DNA of 25,878 nt from Candidatus Aenigmatarchaeota archaeon (GCA_043799385.1 JAZDNV010000011.1:1-25878); one strand, 5' to 3'. Counted from the stretch's first letter, positions 1-8,709 are shown. Numbers and translations are program-made. Notes: generated by a model from the sequence alone, not told the origin.

Positions 1-47
1 GACAGAACAAGCTTTGCTATTATCTCCAATTCTATAGGCGAAAACAT
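1..47 (-). CDS. 5' fragment of a membrane protein running off the window start, possibly MgtC/SapB family
   Basis: Minus-strand ATG at 47 reads MFSPIELEIIAKLVL... This resembles the N-terminus preceding the first TM helix of MgtC proteins, and it lies just downstream of corA on the same strand. Only 15 codons are visible. Confidence 0.3.
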   Translation of the reverse strand, partial: MFSPIELEIIAKLVL

Positions 48-84
48 GATTCTATATCGTTTTTCCGGTTAATAAAACTTATTG

Positions 85-1032
85 CTATATCCATTTTCTC
101 CATCTGAAATAGACGAGCATGACCGCTGTAATGGCAAGCATCAGGAACAGTACAGCCGGATAGCCATACTCCCACTCCATCTCTGGCATGAACTGAAAGT
201 TCATGCCGTATATGCCTACTATAAGCGTCAGCGGAAGCACGATTGTAGATATTATCGTCAGCGTCTTCATTATCTCGTTCATCCTGTTCGAAATAACAGT
301 AAGGTACGATTCCATCATGCTTGATATCATGTCGCGGAACGTATCTATCGTCTCGCAGATGCGGTAGAGATGGTCATATATGTCCATGAAGTATATGGTA
401 TGCTCGCTTGGTATCAACGACGAATCGCGCTTTGCAAACATAGCGATTACGTCTCTTTGCGGAGCGATTATCTTTCTCAGCAACAGCGAATTTCTCTTGA
501 GATGAAACATCCTATTTATCAGCTCGTTGCTCGGGTTCTTCATTATTCTTTTCTCTATGCTGTCAATCTCGTCGTCCAGACGGTCAACAAGAGGGAACAA
601 ATCGTCAACCAGTATGTCCATTATCGTGTACAGCAAGAAGTCAGGGCTCTTGCCGAGAATAAAGCTTGCTTTTTCAAGGCGCTCTTTCGCCTCGTCTATG
701 CATTTCATTTTTTCTGAATGTGCGGTGACAAGAAAGTTCTTTCCCAGGAAGAAGTCAAGTTCCACTGACCTTAATTTTTCTTTCTCAAATTCAACTGAAT
801 GCGTAACAATAAAATAAAAGCTGCCATAGTCGTCCAGCTTCGGCCTCTGTATCGAATGCACGCAGTCTTCTAGAGCGAGCTTGTGGAAATTGAAATGCTT
901 TTTCAGGAACTCCATGTCCTCTTTATTCGGATTCAGTATATCTATCCACACTTTACCCTTTGTTCGCTTGAAATCCGACTGCTTGATTTTCTTCAGCTTT
1001 CCGTTTTGCGCAATGAATATGGACTCTATCAT
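85..1032 (-). CDS. corA: CorA-family Mg2+/Co2+ transporter
   Basis: 315 aa. Contains WIDI and LALEDC...QRPKLD, the signature YGMNF-x-x-MPE, two C-terminal TM helices and a basic tail (FRWRKWI). Confidence 0.96.
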   Translation of the reverse strand: MIESIFIAQNGKLKKIKQSDFKRTKGKVWIDILNPNKEDMEFLKKHFNFHKLALEDCVHSIQRPKLDDYGSFYFIVTHSVEFEKEKLRSVELDFFLGKNFLVTAHSEKMKCIDEAKERLEKASFILGKSPDFLLYTIMDILVDDLFPLVDRLDDEIDSIEKRIMKNPSNELINRMFHLKRNSLLLRKIIAPQRDVIAMFAKRDSSLIPSEHTIYFMDIYDHLYRICETIDTFRDMISSMMESYLTVISNRMNEIMKTLTIISTIVLPLTLIVGIYGMNFQFMPEMEWEYGYPAVLFLMLAITAVMLVYFRWRKWI

Positions 1033-1097
1033 ATTATTGAATTATTATCTGAGCTAATAAATAAAGGCTTTTATTCATTCAGTCAGCTTATTCTAAT

Positions 1098-2636
1098 ATG
1101 CAGTCGATTCGAGAACTAATAGAAAAAATCAATTCTGGAAAAATCAGCAGCCAGGAACATCTTGAGAGAGAGAAGATACGGATGGCGAGAAAATATCGCT
1201 TGAACAAGGTAATAAAGAACGCCGACATCCTGCTGTATGCGAAAGAGAGCGGCATCGAGATAAAAAACTTGCAATTACTGAAGACAAAACCTGTCCGCAC
1301 TTTATCAGGCGTTGCGAACATCGCTGTTATGTGGATGCCGAATGACGCCAAAGGCGTCGGTGTTTCTTGCCCGGGCGAATGCATCTACTGCCCGAGAGGA
1401 GATGATAGCCCTAAAAGCTATACGGGCGTTGAGCCAGCAACGCTTAGAGCGAAACGCAATAACTATGACCCATTCCTGCAGATTCAGAACCGATTAAAGC
1501 AATTGCAGGCAATCGGCCATGCGACTGACAAATGCGAACTCATAATAATGGGCGGGACGTTCCTGTCCTGGGGAAAAAACTTGCAGGAATTATTCGTTAA
1601 GCGCTGCCTGGACGCAATGAACGAGAAAGAATCTTCGTCCTTGATAGAGGCGCAACGCCTCAACGAGATTGCAAAGCACCGCTGCATCGGGCTGACGATA
1701 GAGACGCGTGCCGATTACTGCAAAAAAAAGCACATAGAGCAGATACTGAAACTTGGCTGCACGCGAGTCGAAATAGGCGTTCAGTCAACGGATGATCGTC
1801 TGCTGAAAAAAATCAACCGCGGTCACAGCGCAGGAGACAACATAAAGGCGATACGCTTATTGAAAAAAGCAGGATTGAAAGTATGCGTTCATTGGATGCC
1901 AGGACTAACAGGACTAAGCAAGCTAGACGTAAAAAAGGAGCTCAAAGACTTCAAGAAACTTTTTTCTAATGATGATTACCGGCCTGACGAGCTGAAAATC
2001 TATCCGACTTTGGTCATACCGAACACAAAATTGCACGAGCTGTGGAAAAAGGGTAAGTACAAGGCATTGAGTAGTGATGAAGCCATAAATCTTTTAATCG
2101 AAATGAAAAAAATCGTTCCGAAATACGTGCGCATTAAACGCATATCGCGCGACATATCGGAGAAAGCGGTTGTTGCAGGACCGAAATCAACTAATCTGCG
2201 ACAGATGGTTCACAAAAAAATGGAAAAGTCTGGCATTGTCTGCAACTGCATACGCTGCAGGGAAGTGCGAAACAGCAGGATTGGGGAAATGAAATTGCAA
2301 AAAATAGAGTATCGAGCTTCAGACGGCAGAGAGGTATTTCTTAGCTTTGAAAGCGACAATGTAATCGCCGCATTCCTGCGGCTGCGCATGAACGGCAATG
2401 CCAAGATTCGCGAATTGCACGTATACGGCGAGATGGCACCGCTGGGCAAAAGCGGTGACGTACAGCATCGCGGGCTTGGAAAAAGATTGCTCGAGGAAGC
2501 GGAAAGAATAGCGAAATCAAGAAAAATCAGAACTGTGCAGATTACTTCTGGCATCGGCGCACGCGAATACTACAGGAAATTAGGCTATGAATTGTGCGGC
2601 AGTTACATGTTGAAGCGAACAAAAACAAATCCTTAA
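1098..2636 (+). CDS. elp3: Elp3 tRNA uridine(34) acetyltransferase (radical SAM + KAT)
   Basis: KPVRTLSGVA, CPGECIYCP, PKSYTGVEP, ELIIMGGTF, ETRAD, RVEIGVQS, LKIYPTLV, CIRCRE, IRELHVYG, QHRGLGKRLL and SGIGAREYYRKLGY. Confidence 0.96.
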   Translation: MQSIRELIEKINSGKISSQEHLEREKIRMARKYRLNKVIKNADILLYAKESGIEIKNLQLLKTKPVRTLSGVANIAVMWMPNDAKGVGVSCPGECIYCPRGDDSPKSYTGVEPATLRAKRNNYDPFLQIQNRLKQLQAIGHATDKCELIIMGGTFLSWGKNLQELFVKRCLDAMNEKESSSLIEAQRLNEIAKHRCIGLTIETRADYCKKKHIEQILKLGCTRVEIGVQSTDDRLLKKINRGHSAGDNIKAIRLLKKAGLKVCVHWMPGLTGLSKLDVKKELKDFKKLFSNDDYRPDELKIYPTLVIPNTKLHELWKKGKYKALSSDEAINLLIEMKKIVPKYVRIKRISRDISEKAVVAGPKSTNLRQMVHKKMEKSGIVCNCIRCREVRNSRIGEMKLQKIEYRASDGREVFLSFESDNVIAAFLRLRMNGNAKIRELHVYGEMAPLGKSGDVQHRGLGKRLLEEAERIAKSRKIRTVQITSGIGAREYYRKLGYELCGSYMLKRTKTNP

Positions 2637-2670
2637 AACCCTTTCTATGCGAATATTATAATAGGTGTGG

Positions 2671-2952
2671 ATGATGGCTGATTCTGACACGATACGCATT
2701 GGTGAGAATATGTCTCTTGAGAATGAGATGCACAACGAGGTAAGGCGTCTGGAGCGCGAGATTGAAGTTATAGACGAGGAACTGGAAAAGCTGCATAAGA
2801 AAATCCTGCAGCTGATAATGATACGCAAGAAGAATGACCACGACCTCAAAGCGTTGCGGTCGAGCTTCATAGAAGAGCCTTTTGACGAACGCGAATTCCA
2901 GACGACATTAGCAAAGTTATTGGAGAAAGAAGGGATAAAACATCTGGGATGA
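2671..2952 (+). CDS. Small coiled-coil hypothetical protein (~93 aa)
   Basis: AGGTG SD-like motif just upstream of ATG 2671/2674. Heptad pattern VRRLEREIEVIDEELEKLHKKILQL. Confidence 0.7.
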   Translation: MMADSDTIRIGENMSLENEMHNEVRRLEREIEVIDEELEKLHKKILQLIMIRKKNDHDLKALRSSFIEEPFDEREFQTTLAKLLEKEGIKHLG

Positions 2953-3216
2953 TCACTTTTTATACGGAAGGGTAGTTCTTGGTCCCCATTCACTAATCAG
3001 ATTCATTAAAAACATTCCTGGCACTTCTCCGCTATCTACCTGTTTTTGATTAAAACCATACAAACCTAACTGTGTGACAACAAATGCATAGCGGGATTCA
3101 TGCATACCTCTACCTACGGTAGCATCTTGAAAATCATAAATACTCATTTGCACACCAATTAAATCAATAATTTTTCTTGCTTTATCTGTAACTTTCGGCC
3201 TTTCTATCTTTTGCAT
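2953..3216 (-). CDS. Hypothetical protein (87 aa, AT-rich)
   Basis: The ORF fills the gap exactly and its stop abuts the stop of the convergent gene. A TTTAAA lies about 30 nt upstream on the minus strand. No recognisable motif. Confidence 0.55.
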   Translation of the reverse strand: MQKIERPKVTDKARKIIDLIGVQMSIYDFQDATVGRGMHESRYAFVVTQLGLYGFNQKQVDSGEVPGMFLMNLISEWGPRTTLPYKK

Positions 3217-3277
3217 TTCAATCGAAGGTATTGATTATGTTAACCTTTAAATTCGTTTATTTTGTTCGTTCAGATAG

Positions 3278-3856
3278 TCACTTTTTCACACTTTTATGTA
3301 ATCGTTTGTATATGTAATAAACTAAAATTGCAATAACAAAAGCAATTCCTATCGCGATTAATATCGGCGTTTCCAAACCGATTAGCAATGAGCCGAAATA
3401 GCCAAGTATCAGCGCCCGCGGTATCGTTCCGATGAACGTGAACAAAACAAATACCGAAAGGCGCATGCGCAAAATTCCTGCAGTTATTGAGAATACCTTG
3501 TACGGAACGAACGGGATTAGGCGCGAGATTAGTATCGTCCAGTTGCCGTATCTCTTGAACCAGTTGTCCGCTTTCTTTATTCGCTTTTCTGTGACTAAGA
3601 TGTATTTTCCATAGCGGTCGATGAAACGGCGGCCGCCCCTACCTATATAATAGCCGATTATCGAGCCGAGCGTGGAGCCAATCGTGCCGAAAACGACGAT
3701 TTGCCACAGCGGTACGCCAGCCAAGCCTGCAGTGACGAGAACGATTTCGCTAGGTATCGGGACAATCGATGATTCGAGAAACATGCCTATGAGTATGCCC
3801 CAAGGACCATAAGCCGCTACAATAGATAAAACCCAATTTAGCAGTACGTCAATCAT
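3278..3856 (-). CDS. DedA/VTT-family membrane protein
   Basis: LESSIVPIPSEIVL, GSTLGSIIGYYIGR, WFKRYG and SRLIPFV motifs of the DedA family. Confidence 0.93.
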   Translation of the reverse strand: MIDVLLNWVLSIVAAYGPWGILIGMFLESSIVPIPSEIVLVTAGLAGVPLWQIVVFGTIGSTLGSIIGYYIGRGGRRFIDRYGKYILVTEKRIKKADNWFKRYGNWTILISRLIPFVPYKVFSITAGILRMRLSVFVLFTFIGTIPRALILGYFGSLLIGLETPILIAIGIAFVIAILVYYIYKRLHKSVKK

Positions 3857-3911
3857 CTGAGTAATTGATTCCGAGTTTTTAAATCGTTTTTATGGCATTG
3901 CTCTGCACAAT

Positions 3912-3926
3912 AGAAATCTTTATATA
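3912..3926 (+). promoter_or_regulatory. Archaeal BRE/TATA promoter of the GGDEF gene (leaderless)
   Basis: AGAAA at 3912-3916, then TTTATATA at 3919-3926, 25 nt before ATG 3951. Confidence 0.6.
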
Positions 3927-3950
3927 TATGTCACTTGTTAGTAGTTAAAT

Positions 3951-4568
3951 ATGACTAACTTTAATGATATTGACATAAGAAAGTACGACCCTTTGCTGAG
4001 CGAAAATCCTGAATTAGGCCAATATATAAAATATTTGGAAGAGGCGAACAAGCAACTGAAGGAATTGTCGTCCACCGATGAACTGACGGGATTGCCTAAC
4101 TTCAGGCATTTCCAGGAGGTTCTTGACCTTGAGTTCGAGAGGGCAAAACGTCTTGTTGAAAGAGGCGTTAATTACTCATTGTCCCTTGTTCTTTTTGACA
4201 TCGATGATTTCAAGAAGTATAATGACGATTTTGGGCATGACAAAGGAAACAAAGTACTGGAAGGCATGGGACGCATATTGAAAAAAGGCGCGAGAAAAAT
4301 AGACATTCCTTTCAGGTACGGCGGCGAGGAACTAGGAGTGATTCTGCCTTCAGCGGACCTTAAAGGAGCAAAGAAATTCGCTGATGTTCTAAGGAGTAAA
4401 GTGGAAAAGATGGAGGCGGAAAGGACTGTTACCGTTAGCGGAGGGATAGGAACATACCCGAATCATGACATAATAAGCCCGATTGGATTATTCGAAGCAG
4501 CCGACTCCTCATTGTACGTTGCGAAGAATTCGGGCAAGAACAGAATATGCACCTATCTTGACAGGTAA
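3951..4568 (+). CDS. Stand-alone GGDEF-domain dinucleotide (diguanylate) cyclase
   Basis: Coiled-coil helix LEEANKQLKELSST followed by DELTGLPN, then DIDDFKKYND-GH, I-site RKID (115-118), RYGGEEL (GGEEL at 124-128), VTVSGG and AD..LY.AK..GKN. Confidence 0.95.
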   Translation: MTNFNDIDIRKYDPLLSENPELGQYIKYLEEANKQLKELSSTDELTGLPNFRHFQEVLDLEFERAKRLVERGVNYSLSLVLFDIDDFKKYNDDFGHDKGNKVLEGMGRILKKGARKIDIPFRYGGEELGVILPSADLKGAKKFADVLRSKVEKMEAERTVTVSGGIGTYPNHDIISPIGLFEAADSSLYVAKNSGKNRICTYLDR

Positions 4569-4722
4569 TCGGATATTGCGGGTAGTATATCGCAATTTTT
4601 ATCCTACAATTGCAAAAACAATTTAAAACTTTTGCCGCAGGTTAAGTGAAATTTATACTACCATTCCCTCTACGAAGAGGTTTTCTGGGGAGATATTTAA
4701 AGATTTTTATCATATTGCTGAA

Positions 4723-5850
4723 ATGGAAAAAATATCAATAGCATTATGCGGTCCAGGTGATGTGGGGAGTAAATTACTTCAACGTACAATAGACATCCCT
4801 AGATTCGGGTATGTTGTAATTGCTGACAGTAGCGGAGCAACCGCTAAATATGCAAATGGTTCTTATCATTTTTTTGATAAAACTGAATTACAACAGATCA
4901 TTGGTCTTAAACAGAGGGGATACAAGCTTAAGGACTACAAGAATGACAGAACTGTATTTTATAACGAGGTAATCGATGCGATTGGAGAAATACCTTCGAT
5001 AGATGTATTGGTTGATACGACAGATGTTCAGAGTTATCCTATTTTAATGGTAGCAGCAGACAGGGGGCTCCACGTTGTTGGTTCCAATAAACAACCCTAT
5101 GCAGATGTTACATTTTCTCAATACAAAGAGTTGATTGCCAAAGTAGAGGAAAAAGGGTTGATACTTGATGACAGAACAACTGTTAGTGCAAACCTTGGAG
5201 CTCTGCCGAGAGTGAGGGAGTTTGTTGACACTGGTGGCATTTCCCATATTAGAGGATGCCTGAGTGGAACAATGGCTTATATCCCTTATAGGATGAATCA
5301 AGGTTCTAAATTTTCTCAGGGATTGTCAGAAGCAAGAGACAGACAATATACAGAACGGGATGAGCGTGTTGATTTAATAGGCAAAGACTTTGCCAGAAAG
5401 GTTGTTGAAATAGGCAGAGCGGTCGGAGTACCGCTTGAACTCATCTCAATAAAGGTTGAGGAATATCTGCCAAAAGAATTATTAGATATTCCTATTGAGG
5501 AATTCAGAAAAAGGGTTCCAGAACTTGACGATGTGATGGAATCGCGCGTTAAAAAGGCGCAACAAAATGGTTGTGTGCTCAGATTTATTGGTGAACTTGA
5601 TTTTGACAGGAATGTATACGAAGTTGGGTTCAGGGGATTACAAATGGATGACCCGCAAGCCACAACTAAGGGTTGCTGGAACAAGGTAACTATTTATCCT
5701 CGTGCTTGGGAAGGTGAATCAATGAGTGTTGAAGGTCCTGGTGCAGGACTTCCATATACTGCACAGGGTCTGGAAGCAGGACTACATGATATAAGACGAC
5801 TGAAAGAAAGAATAAGTTCAACCAACGAAAGTAGGCCGCTTGCTAAGTAA
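4723..5850 (+). CDS. hom: Homoserine dehydrogenase (monofunctional, ThrA/MetL/Hom6-like domain, divergent)
   Basis: Rossmann GPGDVG, VLVDTT, HVVGSNK, IRGCLSGTMAYI, EA...YTERD...DLIGKDFARK (catalytic Asp/Lys region) and GPGAG..TAQGL. No aspartokinase or ACT domain. Confidence 0.8.
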   Translation: MEKISIALCGPGDVGSKLLQRTIDIPRFGYVVIADSSGATAKYANGSYHFFDKTELQQIIGLKQRGYKLKDYKNDRTVFYNEVIDAIGEIPSIDVLVDTTDVQSYPILMVAADRGLHVVGSNKQPYADVTFSQYKELIAKVEEKGLILDDRTTVSANLGALPRVREFVDTGGISHIRGCLSGTMAYIPYRMNQGSKFSQGLSEARDRQYTERDERVDLIGKDFARKVVEIGRAVGVPLELISIKVEEYLPKELLDIPIEEFRKRVPELDDVMESRVKKAQQNGCVLRFIGELDFDRNVYEVGFRGLQMDDPQATTKGCWNKVTIYPRAWEGESMSVEGPGAGLPYTAQGLEAGLHDIRRLKERISSTNESRPLAK

Positions 5851-7692
5851 TCGCGGCAATGACAACGGCTTGTACGGATATTTTTTCATCTTTTCCTTGA
5901 CGAGCTTCATCAATTCCTCTAATTTCATCTTTTCCGTTTTTCCTGTTTCATGAAACCGCACAGGAAGATCGCCACTCTTCTCTTTCTCGCCGAACACGAT
6001 TATCATCGGCACCCATTCGCTCTCTGCTTCAGCGACTTTTCTCGCAATTCCTTCGGTGCGGTCGTCAATATCGACGCGCGCAAAATCAAACTTATCCGCT
6101 ATTTTTTCTGCATCCTTGATGAACGAATCGTTTACAGGGCACAAACGAATCTGAGTCGGCGATAACCAGAAAGGCAGAGTTGGCGATTTCGGATTTTCGA
6201 TATATGCCTTTTCCAGCAAAGCGTACATCACTCTTTCGATTCCTCCTGAAGGTGATGCATGTAGTATAGTCGGATATTTCCTCTTGTTGTCGCTGTCTGT
6301 AAATTGAATTCCATAACGCTCGGCATTCTCATGGTCAATTTGCACTGTAGAGAGCGCAGACGCTTTGTCTGATGCGTCAATTATGTTAAACTCGAATTTC
6401 GGGTCGAAATAGGCGTAGCGGAAATTCCATATTTCTATCAGCACCGGTTTTTTGACTATTTTCACAAGCGATGCAACGAAGTCTTTGTTGTCCTTCCAGA
6501 AATCTTTCGTGAAGCGTATTGCTGTTTCGTAGTCGCCTATTTCCAAATCATCCATGCATGACATGCACAATTCGAACTGATTTCTAAACTCGTTTCGCGC
6601 GGCTGCAAGGTCTTTGCAAAGCGTGTGCATATCAGGCATAGTGAACGCGCGCAGACGCTTTAACCCAACTAGCTCGCCGGCTTTTTCAAGGCGGAACGAT
6701 TTCGTTAATTCATACATACGTAGCGGTAAATCTTTGTAAGAAATATTCATTCCAGACTTCATCAAGAACTGGCCGAAACATGCGCTGAATCGCAAAAAGA
6801 ATTTCTTCTTCGCGCTCTCGACTACATACTGCCGGGCCGGAAAGCGGTCAAGATAGCTTTTCAGCGCCGGATGCTCGAAATCATACATTACCGGCGACTC
6901 GATTTCCATCGCGCCGTAGTCAATAACTTTTTTCGTAACCCACGTTTCCAGCAGCGATTTTATTAAACGCCCCTTGGGATAAAACCTTAAATTTCCGGGA
7001 TCGCTGCCTTCCTCGTAATCTGCTATTTCCAATTTCTTCATCAATTTTATATGCGGCGGCTCCTTTCCGTAGACGCGCACTTTCTTTATTTCGTAGGAAG
7101 CGAATTTTTCCAGGTTCTTATGCTTCGAGAAATCAAAACCAGCTAATTTGCCATTCTTCATCTCTATGTCATGAAGTTCGCCATTGGGCGTTAGTATGTG
7201 CCACGTTGACTTTACCTTTTCCTCCTCATCTACGGCTTTTGAAACAATCTCCTTGTCTTTTTTTTCGTCGCCGATAATTATTTCTCTCGATAATTCGCTC
7301 AGCGGGTGGCCCTTGCACTTGATTGTAAAGGCTTTGTACCAGCCAAAGGGAGCGCGAGTCACGGAAAAGCCGCTAAGCATAGCCTCGCTCTCTTTCATTA
7401 TTTTCAATGCGATTTCGGGCGAAGCCAAGTCTTTGCTCAGATGCGCGTAAGGATAAAGAACAATCTTTTCCGCTTTTACCTGCGTTGCAACGTCGCTTAT
7501 TTCTGCAACTAATTTTTCACAGGCTTCTTTTACATTCTTTTCATCCGACTTTTCTGCGGCAATGAACACGACTAAGCAATCTTCTATCTTTTTCTTGCCT
7601 GCTGCTTCCTCGGCTGATTTAATCGCCTTCTGCTTTGGCTCGAATTCCAGATAGTCGCTGTGTATTAGCAGTATCTTCATGCAATCACTCAT
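5818..7692 (-). CDS. thrS: Threonyl-tRNA synthetase, archaeal type with N-terminal editing domain
   Basis: MKILLIHSD, LYPYAHLS, RAPFGWYKAFTIKCKGHPLSELSR, Zn ligands RFSAC / MPDMH / ILHAS, SFRLE, GGIERV and a C-terminal anticodon-binding domain. Confidence 0.97.
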   Translation of the reverse strand: MSDCMKILLIHSDYLEFEPKQKAIKSAEEAAGKKKIEDCLVVFIAAEKSDEKNVKEACEKLVAEISDVATQVKAEKIVLYPYAHLSKDLASPEIALKIMKESEAMLSGFSVTRAPFGWYKAFTIKCKGHPLSELSREIIIGDEKKDKEIVSKAVDEEEKVKSTWHILTPNGELHDIEMKNGKLAGFDFSKHKNLEKFASYEIKKVRVYGKEPPHIKLMKKLEIADYEEGSDPGNLRFYPKGRLIKSLLETWVTKKVIDYGAMEIESPVMYDFEHPALKSYLDRFPARQYVVESAKKKFFLRFSACFGQFLMKSGMNISYKDLPLRMYELTKSFRLEKAGELVGLKRLRAFTMPDMHTLCKDLAAARNEFRNQFELCMSCMDDLEIGDYETAIRFTKDFWKDNKDFVASLVKIVKKPVLIEIWNFRYAYFDPKFEFNIIDASDKASALSTVQIDHENAERYGIQFTDSDNKRKYPTILHASPSGGIERVMYALLEKAYIENPKSPTLPFWLSPTQIRLCPVNDSFIKDAEKIADKFDFARVDIDDRTEGIARKVAEAESEWVPMIIVFGEKEKSGDLPVRFHETGKTEKMKLEELMKLVKEKMKKYPYKPLSLPRLLSKRPTFVG

Positions 7693-7758
7693 ACATCACA
7701 AATGTAATTAATTAAATTGGCAGGATATTTTTAAATGCGTTGCAAACATCGTTTTTAT

Positions 7759-8709
7759 ATGCCAGAACTGGGCCAGGACGTAATCAAGAAAATAAGGTCT
7801 TATCCTATTGGTACGACTGAAGTAGAGATTAAGGAGATTCTGTTTAAAGAAAACAACATACACTTGACCGAAGTGGAGATAGGGAAGATAAGATACGGCG
7901 ATGCCATAGACAGGCTTCTAAAAGATAAAACACAATCCACGGGAAAAATGGCTGAAGAAACAATGCCTTACAGAACGGGTTCTGAAACAAGAACCGAGCT
8001 TCCGAGTCAAGAGTCCGGCAAGACAGAATTAATATTGAAACCAAAACCGAAACTGTCAAAGAAGCAGAGACTGGCTGCATATATCGGAATACCTGCTGCT
8101 TTCTTACTTGGAGCATATTTATTCGGGTTTGCTCTTCGCGCTCAACCTGCACCTGTCGTGAATCAGCCTGAAAAACCTGCTGTGGAGGAATATGTACCAG
8201 TAGCAGGCAATCCTCTGGAAATCCCTGTTGGATACAGGAGCATAGGGCTTCAAGAAGCGCGGAAAATGTACCCAAACGTTTTAGAACGCATGGAAAAATA
8301 CAAATTCACATACATAGATTACATCCTTGCCGGCAACATGGACGGCAAAGGAATGGATGATATATTTATGGTAGGAATGAGCAACGCGAACACCGTGCCC
8401 TGCGGAAAAATAATACTAAGCGATGGCGGTACAACAGATTTTAATCTGGGCGGCGATAAAAATTCAGTGCGACTTCTGACTGATATAACGGGTAACGGAA
8501 TTGTGGAGATTGCAAGAGCTTATCCGAAAACTGTGTATGTCGATGAGGCTGGAAATCTTTCTTATCATTTATTCGAAGGCGTTAATCCAAATGGCGTTAC
8601 AAACGTTTTCTCCAATGATTTTATGTACCAGTTCAAGAATAAGTCCATCATAAGAAGAACCGACGGTAAAATGGCGTTATGGAACGGCAGAATTTTTGAG
8701 TACAAATAA
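7759..8709 (+). CDS. Single-pass membrane protein with extracellular FG-GAP-like Ca-binding loops
   Basis: Start probably at ATG 7759. A basic patch KPKPKLSKKQR precedes the TM helix LAAYIGIPAAFLLGAYLFGFAL. Motifs GNMDGKGMDDIF and DITGNGIVEIA follow. Confidence 0.65.
   Translation: MPELGQDVIKKIRSYPIGTTEVEIKEILFKENNIHLTEVEIGKIRYGDAIDRLLKDKTQSTGKMAEETMPYRTGSETRTELPSQESGKTELILKPKPKLSKKQRLAAYIGIPAAFLLGAYLFGFALRAQPAPVVNQPEKPAVEEYVPVAGNPLEIPVGYRSIGLQEARKMYPNVLERMEKYKFTYIDYILAGNMDGKGMDDIFMVGMSNANTVPCGKIILSDGGTTDFNLGGDKNSVRLLTDITGNGIVEIARAYPKTVYVDEAGNLSYHLFEGVNPNGVTNVFSNDFMYQFKNKSIIRRTDGKMALWNGRIFEYK

Noticed and set aside
2671..2952. Chorismate mutase (AroQ) resemblance of LEREIEVIDEEL
   Set aside because: The catalytic Arg residues of AroQ helix 1 are absent. 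A generic coiled coil explains the pattern.
4569..4722. Known c-di-GMP (GEMM-I/II), SAM or T-box riboswitch upstream of hom
   Set aside because: I could not find the GEMM GNRA-tetraloop/receptor architecture or SAM-I/T-box consensus. Only the unassigned pairings reported above are present.
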